From Squalus acanthias (Eukaryota), in NCBI GenBank assembly GCA_030390025.1, contig CM059432.1:126234001-126298000 (forward strand): 64,000 bases of DNA, read 5' to 3'. The notes beneath the pieces are model-generated. The model was not told where the DNA came from. It worked only from the letters and a program-made list of their open reading frames with translations, and searched no databases. This document shows, one piece after another, positions 1-12,579 of this stretch. The position numbers and the translations under genes are program-made. Numbering within the stretch: the stretch's first letter is position 1; the number at the start of each line of letters is the position of its first letter.

Positions 1-529
1 TGAGGGCCACGTCTTACCTGTAACCCCCCCACCCCCAAATGCAGTCTGCAACCGTTGTGGGTCATTTCCCCACCACACCACATCACACAACCCTTCTGAA
101 AGGAAAAAAATAGAAAAAGAGAGAGAGAAGCAGATAGAAAGAGATGGAAAAAGAAGAGTTGAGGGGAGAGAAGCAGCAGAGAGTAGATGGACAGAAGCAG
201 AAGAGGAGAGACTGAGAGAACCAGCAATGTGAAGGTATCAGAGACAGGTCATATTCTGAAACTTACTGTGTGCAACACCATAAGAGATCAACCAGTAATA
301 CTTAATTTTAAACCCAAGATTACCAAAAAATTAATATTGGGCCAAGTTTGGACATTGCATAGAAGTGCTGGACCTGGTGCTGTTGATAAATTAACGTATG
401 AATGACTGAGACAGCAGAACACTGACAAACAGCACCGAGGTCTTTCCATGGAGTTTCACCAAAAGATGATCGGTGCAGTGTAATGGACAAAATAAATCCT
501 GGTACATTGTTCTCTCATCAAGGGAAGTG

Positions 530-1232
530 CAGTGATACCATCAGGACTTTCCCACAGTGATTGTATCAGGACTTCCCCACAGTGATAGTATCAGGACTTG
601 CCCACAATGATACCAGCAGGACTTGCCCACAGTGATACCATCAGGACTTGCCCACAATGATACTATCAGGACTTGCTCACAGTGATACCAGCAGGACTTG
701 CCCACAGTGATACCATCAGGACTTGCCCACAGTGATACCATCAGGACTTGCTCACAGTGATACCATCAGGACTTGCCCACAGTGATACCATCAGGACTTG
801 CCCACAGTGATACCAGCAGGACTTGCCCACAGTGATACCAGCAGGACTTGCCCACAGTGATACCATCAGGACTTGCCCACAATGATACTATCAGGACTTG
901 CCCACAGTGATACCATCAGGACTTGCCCACAATGATACCAGCAGGACTTGCCCACAGTGATACCATCAGGACTTGCCCACAATGATTGTATCAGGACTTG
1001 CCCACAATGATACTATCAGGACTTGCTCACAGTGATAGTATCAGGACTTGCCCACAGTGATAGTATCAGGACTTGCCCACAGTGATACTATCAGGACTTG
1101 CTCACAGTGATACTATCAGGGCTTGCCCACAGTGATACCAGCAGGACTTGCCCACAGTGATACCATCAGGACTTGCCCACAGTGATACCAGCAGGACTTG
1201 CCCACAGTGATACCAGCAGGACTTGCCCACAG
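530..1232. repeat. 25-bp minisatellite, about 28 copies
   Basis: Tandem ACAGTGATACCATCAGGACTTGCCC with recurring variants and no unique spacers. Confidence 0.95.
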
Positions 1233-2337
1233 CACCACCCAGATGCTCTGGCATTAAGCAGACCCTCATAAACCATATACAGTAGCAGATGCTGATCATA
1301 TTTTTCCCAGCATCAATCCTCTTGTCACTTTAAATTGATAGAACTGCAATTTCTGACTTGAAACTGAGATAAAACAGGCGGGGGCAGGTGGTCTCGTGCT
1401 ATTGCCTACTTGCGCTGCTGTCACTTGGATTACTGTTGCCGATGACTGCCCAGACATGGACAGGAGCTCTGCAAGGTAAACAAAGTAGTGCTTCTGACTT
1501 TGGAGGTGCCAAAACCCACTTAAGAGATGGCTTTCGTCGGCAACTCCAGAGGCAGCTGTCCCTCCAGCAGTAATACAAGTGTTGCTAACTGGCTCAGTCC
1601 ACCCATGTAGTCTAATGAAGCAATTTTGCACTTGAGACGAGCATTACTTTTTTCCTTTGTAAGATTAAAAAAGTCTGAGATTTATAGGCTTTGTGTAAAT
1701 CAGACAGGTGTAAGGCTGGTCAGCACTTGCTGGCTGTTTTTCCCTGAGGTTATGGTTGGCTGGATCCCAGAGATTTACAGTAACAGTGAATTGATGACGT
1801 GTGAAAAGGAGTTGCCACAGATCCCCGGCTGCGGCCAAATTTCCGCTCCCGCCCCTGTCCTGTCTGGGTGCGCCGCCCACTACCGGGCTAGTGCGCACCC
1901 TTCACTTGCCCCCACCGCCCCCCCCCCCCCCTCCAAATACAAATCGAGGCCTTCGTGTCAACAGGATATTCAGCTGTGAGAGCCATCACAGTACATTTTA
2001 TTGCAAAATGATCCCAGGGACAGTGGCACTCAGACAGACACCCGTGCTCTCTGTGTACCACTCTCCCTGTTTAATTTACCCAGTGCCACTGCCCCTGATG
2101 GACACTTGTTAGAAGCCGTGATTACCACTGGTAAAAGGGGGAATCTGGATCTGCACCTTGACATTTAAACAGAGACCCAGGAGTTACTTGGGAACCTCAA
2201 GGAAATCTATCTTTATTGCCACTGGAACAACAAAAGTCAGATTGTGTTTAGAAATGTAGCCGATGGCAAGAGGCAGTCACTGGATATCGATTAGGAGTAG
2301 GAACCATGGCCAATTGTGTGTGTGCTTAGTTACTGTT

Positions 2338-4920
2338 ACATAGATTTACATAGAATTTATAGCACAGAAACAGGCCAGTTGGCCCAACAGGGTCCATGCT
2401 GGTGTTTATGCTCCACAGGAGCCTCCTCCCACCCTTCTTCATCTCACCCTATCAACATATCTTTCTATTCCTTTCTCCCTCATGTGTTTAGCTAGCTTTC
2501 CCTTGAATGCATCTATGTTATTTGCGTCAACTACTCCCTGTGGTAGCATATTCCACATTCTATCCACTCTCTGGGTAAAGAAGTTTCTCCTGTATTGGAT
2601 TTATTAGTGACTATCTTGTACTTATGTGCCCTAGTTTTGGACTCCCCCCCGCAGGTGGAAACATCTTCTCTACGTCTACCCTGTCAAACCCCTTCAGAAT
2701 TTTAAAGATCTCTATTAGGTCACTCCTTGGCCTTCTGTTTTCTAGAGAAAAGAGCCCCAGCCTGATAGTTCTGGTATCATCCTTGTAAATCTTTTGTGCA
2801 CCTTCTCCAGTGCCTCTATCATTTTTGTAATATGGAGACCAGAACTGTGCACAGTTAAGTGTGGTCTAACCAAGGTTCTATACAGGTTTAACATAACTTC
2901 TCTGCTTTTCAATTCTGTTCCTCTAGAAATGAACCCCAGTGCTTTGTTTGCATTTTTTATGGTCTTGTTAACCTGCGTTACTAATTTTAATGACTTGTGA
3001 ATCTGTACCCCTAAATCCCTTTGTGCCTCTACCCCATTTAGACTCTTAGGGGTAAAAATTCAGTTGGTTGCGCCTCCCGTTAGCGCCTTAAGAGGGCGCT
3101 AATGGGGCGCAAAGCCGCTAACGCCCGGGCGCAGCGATGTTTGCGCCGCTCGGGAACTTAACTTGACATTGTGCGGCGGCGCTAAAACTTACCGCTGCGA
3201 CCACCTGCGCGCGCAGATTGTGCCTTCATTCCATGGTGCAACGCCCTTGTGGCGCCTCGGAGCGGAAACTGAGTGGCGCCCCCTGCCTTACCGCCTGGCG
3301 TTTCCAACGGCCAGAAGACTGGAACGCTATCAATCGCTGTGGGGCTGGGGGGGGCGCTATTTAAAGGGGGCCTCTTCCTGTCTTTTATTGTTGGTGGCAT
3401 TTTTGAACTACGCATTCTGAGAGAGAGAGAGGGAGAGACTTCTGGAGAGATTCAACGTTGTGTGAAGGAGTTTTGGGTACTGAGCAGCACTTTGCAGGTT
3501 CATTTTGATTTGCCCTTCCTTGTATCGATTTAGAAGAGAATGTGGGGGCTGCACTCTGAGCTCTTTCCCTGGTACTCTCCATTGTTCTTTCCAGCACATT
3601 TGATGTGCAAGTCTCTCCAGGCCGAGATTCAAGGCTGCAATGAACAGGATGTGGATGGAAAGCAAGATTAACCATCCCCTTTAAGAACTGGCCCGTGCCA
3701 TTGTGTGTGTGTTCCATTGCTGACTGACATTACATGAGCTTCGCCAGCGCTCTGAGTTAGCGCCTCACTGCTCGGCCTTTGCGCCTTAAGACAGGTGTGC
3801 AGCGCCTGCTTTAGCGCTCCACTCACCTCCCGGGGCGGTAAAAGTGAAGTTTCCAGTCAGTGCCGATAATTAGCGCCAGGCGCTAATATTTGCGTCCAGA
3901 CGATATTTGCGCCCCAAATGGGGCGCGACCTAATTTCTACCCCTTATTTTCCAAGTAATATGTGGCCTCCTTATTCCTCCTATCAAAATACATCACCTCA
4001 CATTTATCTACATTGAAATTCATTTGCCATTTACATGCCCATTCTTCAAGTTTATTAACGTCTTCTCGTATTTTGTCGCATTACTCAATATTAACTATGC
4101 AACAACAACAACTTGCACTTATAACGCACCTTCAACATCCCAATTTATGTTATCTACAAACTTTGAAATTGTTCTTCTGCTTCCCGAGTCCAAATTGTTC
4201 ATGTAAATGGTGAACAACCAGCACCTATTCTTGTGGAACACCACTTCGCACCTTTTACCAGTCTGAGTAACTACCAATAACCCCATCTTTCAGTTTTCTG
4301 TTTTGTAGCCAGCTTGCTATTCATTCTGCTACTTATCCCCTGACTCAACAGGCTCTGACTTTAGTCATGAGTTTACTTTGCAGTACCTTATCGAAGGCCT
4401 TTTGAAAATCCAAGTATACTACATCTATTACGTTACCCTTATCTACTCTTTCTGTTACTTCTTCAAAGAATTCAATAAGGTTAGTCAAGCATGACCTTCC
4501 CTTTTGGAATCCGTGCTAACTACTCCTTATTATGTTTTTGGTTTCTTGATGTTTTTATATTCTATCTTTGAGTAAAGATTCCATTATCTTTCCTACCACT
4601 GATGTTAAGCTAACAGGTCTATAGTTCCCTGGACTTTTTCCCTTTTTAAAATATAGGAATAACATTAGCTGACTGCACTATTCCCTTTTCTAATTAATTT
4701 ATATATATATATATATATATATTGCCTCTACTAACTCTTCCCTAGCTTCCTTTAGTATGTGCGGATGCAATCTATCCAAAGCAGAAGTTTATCCTCTCTA
4801 AATTTAACTAGTTTATCAATTATCTCCCCCCCCCCACCCCCTCTTTCTATCTTAAATGTCTTGATCGCTTTTTTGATCACTTCTTCTAATGTGAAGTCCA
4901 CCCTATTAGTCTCCCTGGTA
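2338..4920 (-). mobile_element. decayed CR1 LINE (3' end and ORF2), interrupted by a MITE
   Basis: Reverse-complement CR1 3' UTR and short-repeat tail at about 2340; RT-region remnants up to about 4.9 kb. Confidence 0.8.
3049..3943 (+). mobile_element. non-autonomous PIF/Harbinger MITE, family A copy 1
   Basis: TIRs GGGGTAAAAATT / AATTTCTACCCC; TTA target duplication (3046-3048, 3944-3946); GC-rich subterminal GCGCC/TAGCGCC repeats. Confidence 0.9.
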
Positions 4921-6731
4921 AATACTTTGTCATTCCCTTACAATTTGGGGTGCTAACAATTCAAGTGCACTAAATAACATTGAAGGGAGGGGGGGGGGGG
5001 GCGCAAGGTTGAACGTAATCTTGATCTGTACAGCTCATGCCACACCTTCCAGTGAATTTACTCCGTGAGCCATCAGAGAGGAAGGTGACATTTTTGCAGC
5101 TTTGTAAGGATCAGAATATGCAACCTGTGACAGCAGAATTAAAAACCTTTTAACCCTGTCCTGATTTTGGAGACTTCAGCTTCATCCTCAAGGGTTAACC
5201 AATAGTTGTTGCTGGTTTTTTGAGAGTTAAACAGTTTAGTGGCAGAATAATAATTTATGCAATGTTCTGGAAACCTTACCGCCCACTCAGCACCACCACA
5301 GCTTTTGCATTTTTTAAAATATCTTTTAAGTAAGATTCAGTGCTCCGGTATTTGCATTTTAATAGCTTCCATTCTCTTGGTGCTGTGTTACTTGTTCTAA
5401 AGACTGACTTAATACTACAGAACTATCAGGGAAGTAATCACTCATAAGAGTATGGAAAGGTCTCCAGTTTGACCTCTGGTCTGTGCTGGTAGTTAATCTT
5501 GGTTTGAGATCCGTCAACATAAGCTCCTGTATAATGCAGGTATTATTTTGGATTGGGCTTGGCTGCGATGCCCCTCACATTTGACCCCCCCTCCCCCCAC
5601 ACTGCTGACGCTCACTGTTTTGGGCTACACATGTAGAATGGCTTTTGGCACTTCGTACTGTGTTCCAAAATAAGTCACAACTTTCAGTGGAGGAGGGGAG
5701 AAAAGGAGAAAGAAACTGGGGTGGGGGGGTAAAAAGAGCAACTTGTGTAGAGCCTCATTATGCCTGAACAATATATCGCCAGTTTTTATTTGCAAGGTGC
5801 TGCATGTGTCTATACATGTCAGAGATGCGTACTTCCAACTACATGTTTCAACAAGCTGCTTCCATTAGACCTGACGCAGTCTAACGTGACTTCATCAAAA
5901 CATTTGCATGTACATGCCAGTTTAAATTTGTTTTGGAGTTGGGCAAATTCACATGTAGAATTAATCAGCTCCAGATACAAGGTCTGGTCTGGTCTGACCC
6001 GACCCATAGCCCTACAACCACACTGGTCAAGATCAGCTAACTGTGCATGGACCCAAGACCTCCTGGTCCCTATGGCTCAACTGACTTGCTACATAAACTC
6101 TCTTGAGCCATCTGGTTCAAATTTTAAGCCATTCTAATCTTGTTAATGGTCAAATAATGTTTTTTATAGACCTGATTTAATTGTCAAGTTGCAGTGCAGT
6201 TTTCATTGCGCTGCTATCCCAAAATGTAATTTTAATATTTAATTGCCCTGAGCAGCACTTTTGAATTATATGTAAATGTGGCTCCTGGTGCTCTCCAGCA
6301 CAAACACTGTTCTATAATATTGGGAGACCTGTGCTCATCGGTTAAAGGGAACAGTAACGAAAGCTGAATATTATCAGAGGTAATTACCTACTCAGAGTTC
6401 CTCCTCTTCCACTGTTGACGAGTTCTTGCCCAAAGAGTTATTGCTTGGTGATAAATCCTTTATAAGGCTTTGGCTTTTCAATTAATCCTTTGTGGATCCC
6501 TGTCAACATCCATTCCAGACAGGAGTGTGTAGAGACTAGACTGATGTCCCATGGCAGATTTTAGTCTTGGGCCTCTGCCAAAGAAGAGTTTCTATACAGC
6601 GTCTGTAATTTTTAATATATTAGATAACTGTGTTTTAGAAATAGCTAACGTTAAGATTGAAACTGCCTTTCCTTACACAACTACAAGATGGAGTCCTGCT
6701 GTCTACGAAAATGCAGCCAGATTCTTTGATT

Positions 6732-7062
6732 AGCTACATCATTACATAAATTTAAAACAGAAATAGACAGTTTCCTAGAAGTAAAGGGAATTAAGGGCTA
6801 CGGGGAGCGGGCAGGAATTTGGACACGAGTCTAGGTTCGGATCGGTCATGGCCCTGTGGGTAGCGTAGCGGGCCCAGGGGCCGTGTAGCCTGATCCTGCT
6901 CCTATTTCGTGTGTCCAATTCTGTTAGGTTCAGGAGATGGTTCTGTGATAGTAGATTGGCGGTTAGGATCAGATCAGCCATGATCTTATTGAATGGCGGA
7001 GCAGGCTCGAGGGGCCAATTGGCCTACTCCTGCTCCTATTTCTTATGTTCTTATGTTCTTAT
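6732..7062 (+). mobile_element. 5'-truncated CR1 3' end with duplicated tail module
   Basis: CR1 ORF2 end and 3' UTR, (TTCTTATG)n tail; near-identical to the reverse complement of 52059-52380. Confidence 0.85.
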
Positions 7063-7237
7063 CTGTAGAGGAGGCAGGTTGTGGAAGCTTTGTCCTAGAT
7101 GTTAATCTAAGTATATTTGGTCAAGGCATGGCGAAGGTGCTGGGCATCCTATGTGGTCCCGGGTGCATTATTCGTCCTGTGTCCTACTGTCACATTTCTG
7201 GCATGTGTAAGATGCCATTTTGATATATAAAAGACTT

Positions 7238-7868
7238 GGGGCGCTAACTTCGCCGGAGCGCTACATCCGAAAAAATTTGCGCCCCCACGGCCAAAATTCA
7301 TCGTTAGTGTCCCAAGAGGGAAGCGGGGCGTTACTGGAAGTGCCCCCCTCCCTCTTGGGGCGCTGCGAGGGAATATCGTGGCGCTATGCGCCGCAGTATT
7401 GCAGGCCTTCCACCCCTTCTTAAAGGGGAGGGGCCTTACGCAGCGCGACCAGGGGCCCAGCTGGGCTACGCGATCGGAGTGCCAGCAAAAGAGCCCGGCA
7501 CTCAAGAAGAGCCGGGCTCATGGAGCGCAGCCGGCACTCCGTGCGGGGGGGTGCTCAGGAGGCATGGGACGGCAGCGGAGGCAGGTGCTGGCAGGCGGCC
7601 AGCAACAAAAATGGCCGCCTGGCACCTCGCCTTTAATTAGCGCCGCCCCGGCCGCAGGTAGGCCCCCCATACCCCGTCGGACATAGCGTCCGGCGGTAAG
7701 TCAGGGGACGCTACCGAAGATCGCGACCAGGGCGCTGCGCATGGCGACGGCGTTATCATCGGTGGCGCAGCGCCATAGGGCGCTAATGGTTACCACCGCT
7801 GCTAACCTCCCGCTGAATTTCGCGGGAGGTGCTGCCGGCGCCGTGCCCGGGCGCTAGTTGCTCACCCC
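7238..7868. mobile_element. GC-rich Harbinger-like MITE
   Basis: Degenerate GGGG...CCCC termini, GGCGCTA-rich subterminal repeats, TTCTTAAAGGGG motif shared with family A; no clean TSD. Confidence 0.5.
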
Positions 7869-8005
7869 ACACTCCGAGCCCTGAACTCACCCCACACTCT
7901 CCGAGCCCTGAACTCACCCCACACTCTCCGAGCCCTGAACTCACCCCACACTCTCCGAGCCCTGAACTCACCCCACACTCTCCGAGCCCTGAACTCACCC
8001 CACTC
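7861..8005. repeat. 27-bp minisatellite, about 5 copies
   Basis: Tandem CTCACCCCACACTCTCCGAGCCCTGAA. Confidence 0.92.
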
Positions 8006-8552
8006 CATTGCAGTTCAGGCCTTGCGAAGCCTCAGGCTCCCATACTCGGCACACTAAAAAGAGAACACCTCTCGCGTCAGTGGCCCCGCAGACTCGAGCC
8101 AAGTAGACTTTCAGTACAACGTGTAGTCGATCGATCACTCATTTAATTCATTTAATAACGGAAGATTTTTTTTACTATTTTACACTACATTTTGTGTATT
8201 TAAGATAGTATCTGACTACTATCTGAATTTATATGCATGTTTATGCAATGTTTATGTTTATACAATGTTCCCTCTAAATTTGGTGGGCTGGTGAGCGGCC
8301 TGCGCGGGACCTCGCCATTGGTGTGGCCCTCAACAGCTCACCAAAACTTGTTTTGGGGATGCTCAAAGCTAGGGAATTTCTGGTCTACGATCTGTGACAC
8401 AATCATGGTAATACTGCGCAATGTAATTGGGGAAGAAATTATTTTTTAAAAATTAAATTAAAAGGGAAAAAACCAATCAGTGAATCGCCATACTATTTAA
8501 TTTACAGTTTAGCCTTTCCGTTCCCTTAACTGCAGTATAGTTAGTTCAAAGG

Positions 8553-8562
8553 AAACCGGTTT
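8553..8562. promoter_or_regulatory. perfect Grainyhead/GRHL binding palindrome
   Basis: AAACCGGTTT (consensus AACCGGTT) in unique intronic sequence. Confidence 0.45.
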
Positions 8563-11399
8563 GAAAAATCATGCATCATAATGCTAGAGCCCATGACAGC
8601 AATTATGTGTCTTGACAGTTCACCAGCCCATTTTTAAAAACAAGGACAGTGCAGTATTCTCGAGCTAAATGACAGCACAGAAGAAGCAATAGTGACAGTC
8701 TGAAGGAGAAAGAAAAGGAAAAGCTAGTATTTGTATAGCACCTCATCGCATCGGCCAGAAACATGAATTAAATAAACTGTTCACTGGATTGTGCTTTTAA
8801 AGCAAGCTTTCTGTCCAGCTCTGTTTTCGGATCACAGTGAGCTTCTCTGAAAGGGCTTCAAGTGCACTTGATTTGTTTAACAGTGTTTGTTCCTTTTGTT
8901 ATTTAGAAACCCTATTGAACCCTAATGACCGTAGCCATGCTGTGCTAACTGTTTAACTCCCATTAATTACGTCTTTGTTTATTTACACAGCCGCTAACCA
9001 ATCCATCATGTACTAGGAGCTAAATATGTTTTAAATGTCTTTTATTGGTTATTTACTTCCAATTGATCATTGTGAGGCCCAGTCAGATGTCGCAAATATT
9101 TGATTAATGCTTATTTGGCAACCTTTTTGCTAGATTAGTTTTAATTAGTTAACTTCAGATAAATGGATACTTAATCCACGCATCAGATCCCAGTGATATT
9201 GTAATCCAGAGAAGGAAGGTGCAGATTGGCATGGGTTAAGGTTCAGGGACCCCCAAGCGCGTAAAAAAGAACTTGCATTTATATAGCGCCTTTCACAATA
9301 TCAGGCCATCCCAAAGAGCTTTACAGCCAATTAAGTATTTTTTGAAGAGTAGTCACCATTGTAATGTGTACATCGATGGTGCTGGAGTTTAAGCAACTAA
9401 AGCCAGCGCAGGAGCACAAGCTTACTATGGCTTGTCCAGCTAGGATTGCTTTTTTGTTCGCGCACTGGCTGGCAGGGTTATTTGGAGCCGAGTGGTTCGA
9501 ATCCCAGCAGTAATGTGACTCAGAAGTTGGACAGGCCTGCCACAGAATCTACCTTTTCCTACCACAGAAAGTGACCTCAAGGTATCACTGCAGATCACAG
9601 GCCTTTCTCTCCAGGGTGCATTGGACAGTGAGCTGTTCAACCATCACCAATGCTGCAGAATACTGCGGACCTGGTTTACTCAGGTATTGGATTATCAAGT
9701 CTGCCAAAGAGGTTGACACTAGCTGTTTCCTGATGCGTAGGTCTCACGCCCCAATTCCCTAAGGCTGGTGGCCAGTTTTATCAGATCCTGCCTACAAGTT
9801 TGTTGCCCTGTATTGGCCATAGAGAAGGAGCACAGCAATGAGAGGCTTCTTTCGCTTTCAGTCCCATACACTCTGCGGGACTGCGATACAAGAGTCTGGA
9901 AGGTGCAGTTCTAGGCTGGGAGCATCCTGCCCATTGCTGTTTTACCAAGTTGGTGCAAACGTGCTTGAGCATTGAGGTAGCATCTGTGTTTGTCTGTACA
10001 TTGTTTATAGTGCAGCACTACAAACATTGAAGGGATGAGGTACAATACAGGTGCAGGGCTGACTTGCCCTTCCAGTTATCTACTGAGTTGCCTATCATCA
10101 GGGTCCTCCGAATACAGTGCGACCTTGAGGTCAGTTTCTGTGGCAGGAAAATGTAAATTCTGTGGCAGGTCTGTCCAATTTCTGGAGTCACATTATTAAG
10201 TATTCTAAACTTATTTTAACATTCAGAAAATTTAATGGCATTTTTTATTGAAAAATGCCACATAAAAATAAATGTTTACTCAACTATAATTGCAATCAAA
10301 CGTAACTGAACCATTATTTTAATCAAATATTAATAGCTTAAGTAGTAAATTTAAAGCCCACAATGTTTATGACGAGCACAGTTTAACCACAAATTCAGCT
10401 AGGCCCTAGGTTCTGGGATTTCCTCCCTAAATGTCTCCGTCTCTACAGTTCCCTTTCCTGCTTTAAGACTCTTCTTAAAGCCAACTCTTTTTGGCGAAGG
10501 TTTTGGTCACCGTGATGAGCCGGTTTGCACCTTTATGGTTCCCAGCTCTTCTGACTGCTACCTTACTGTTGAAATTACAGACAGAATTTCTTTTAGCTTT
10601 ATTTTGCATCTACAGCTATATTTATTTCTAGGTCTCTCTTTGTGCCTCTGACAGTTTACATTAGACTTCTGCTCTTATTCCAGCTATGCTGAGGCTGCTG
10701 GTAGCACCCGTATCGCTACCTAGGCTTAGATGAACTAACTCGGCCCGGGCCAGGCTCGATTGCAGGACTCTCTGTTCAATTGTACATTGGGCACTTTACT
10801 TGTCAACTGAGCCTCAGCTTAGCATGGTTGTAATGCTGTTTTGTCTCTCCTTCCCCCATCTCTCTTAAAGGTGTTGACTCCTTGCTGGGCTATGGTTCTT
10901 GGTGCCAGGCATTCCCCGGTATTGTGCCCAAGTGGCCATTTGTGGATACTTCCAGCACCGGTTGCTTGATAGCATGCAGGAGCAGGAAACCATGCCATTT
11001 TATTTTCCCCTCCATAACCCAAGGGTGTTGAAGCGAATTAGGGCCACCCCTGTTGACACCCTGGCCGAGATCAACTAATTCAGCGCAGACCAGAGATGGA
11101 ACCTACGACCATCCTGGTCATCTGTGACTGAGTTACTCACTTCCTTAACCAACTGAGCTTTCAGGAGAATCAGTACCGAGTGTTTTAATTACTGGATGCA
11201 GAGTATACCAGTGACTGGTGCACTTGCTGACTTTGTCCAAGCTGACTCGTCAGTTTGTGGGTAACTTAACCTGATAAGAGCAGATTAGTATGAAGCACTG
11301 TAGCCTGGAGGTGGTGAGAATTCCGCTTGCGCTCCCCACCTCAGCCTGTAGTTCAGTATCCTCTACAGGCTGACCAAAGAAGCTGTGGAGATATTCATG

Positions 11400-11564
11400 A
11401 GCTTTCGGAGCTGCTGCCCCTTTGTCAGGCTTCGTCACTTCACCTGACGAAGGGGCAGCGCTCCGAAAGCTTGTGATTTCAAATAAAACTGTTGGACTAT
11501 AACCTGGTGTTGTGCAACTTCTCACTTTTGTCCACCCCAGTCCAACACTGGCATCTCCGCATCA
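11400..11564 (+). mobile_element. short Penelope-like insert with inverted 5' end
   Basis: 12-bp TSD GAGATATTCATG (11388-11399, 11565-11576); inverted repeat 11400-11429 versus 11443-11471; hammerhead motif followed by AATAAA. Confidence 0.8.
11440..11476 (+). ncRNA. minimal type I hammerhead ribozyme motif
   Basis: TCAC-CTGACGA-(A)GGGGC AGC GCTCC-GAAA-GCTT-GTGA: stem I, CUGAnGA core, stem II, GAAA, palindromic stem III, NUH site. Confidence 0.75.
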
Positions 11565-12579
11565 GAGATATTCATGGTCACACATTTCAGCCTCTGAGCA
11601 GGAAACGCTGCTAGAAAAGACGATAAACATTGCAGACTGGAGATAGGGATCGTAACCTGGAGCAGGCCGAGGTGGGCAGTCTGATTTCCACAGTAGTGCA
11701 AACAGGGGCCTTCTGATAGTCATATATTTGATCTTATTTACCCTGCACTGATCAAGCACCAAAGCAAATGCAGTCAGGAAGTTGTGGTCCTCGGGAATTG
11801 TTAAGTAGCTTTGCTTGCCTTTGTTCAAGGTTAACGGGACCTTTCCTGATATAATCAGCTAACATGCTGTCAGCTAGGAGCAGGCTGCTTTGTTTGATCA
11901 TGGACTCGTTCAGCCACAGCTTATTTGATATGGGCCACTGGGGTGGAGGTTTCCATTTTGTGTTTTTTTAAGTTCGATTTTTATGGTCACCTCTTTCAGT
12001 ATAAGCTGCATTCACTCAGTCAGGATTTTTTAATAGTTGACTTAGATTTTGAACAATAACATCCATCCTCCGGTGAGTTAGGGACTGTGCATACATTAAA
12101 CTCGCTATTGCTAGCAGCATACAAAATTATTGGGTGGGATGAGCGGAGCAATTTGTGTAGATAAATATGCTGGTTCCCCAGACTGGTAGTTGATTGGTGA
12201 TTTATTGTTTTAATATGCTAGAGCCATTGCTGATCCTTTAAAATCCACACCAACTGGTGATTTAGTGGTCAGTGTCCAGAGCTTCTTTTTGCAGAATTAA
12301 AAATTAATTCTCCCAACTCCTCTCCAACTGTGGGCTGAGGCCCCACTCTACTGGACTTCAACTTTTTTTTTACAGATGACAAGCCTTAAAGCTCACAGTG
12401 ACATGGCCAATCTCTATAAGGATGTTAAACCCTTGCAAAATGCCAATAGAATTAACTCTTCTGAGTATTCACACACTTTTTCACCTTGGTTTTGTACAAC
12501 AGATCGTCGTATTGTAAGGAATAAAAAATGTCCCTTTCCTGGACAAACACACATTCTGCAGTGTATTATAAGGTAGTGC

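Noticed and set aside
530..1232. CRISPR-like array
   Set aside because: Units are head-to-tail with no unique spacers, the context is eukaryotic, and there are no cas genes
3385..3717. 110-129 aa ORF open in all three MITE A copies as a novel protein
   Set aside because: Better explained as 5' UTR plus Myb/SANT start fused to the antisense of the other end; no recognisable domain, start and stop differ between copies, and it crosses a variable (CT)n tract. A dN/dS test would settle it
9464..9510. tRNA gene (GGTTCGAATCCC B box)
   Set aside because: No cloverleaf can be formed; probably a decayed SINE head
12376..12571. Extra grhl2 exon after a strong T10-ACAG acceptor
   Set aside because: No similarity to GRHL proteins, weak donor, and an immediate stop in the required phase; a poison exon cannot be supported without RNA data
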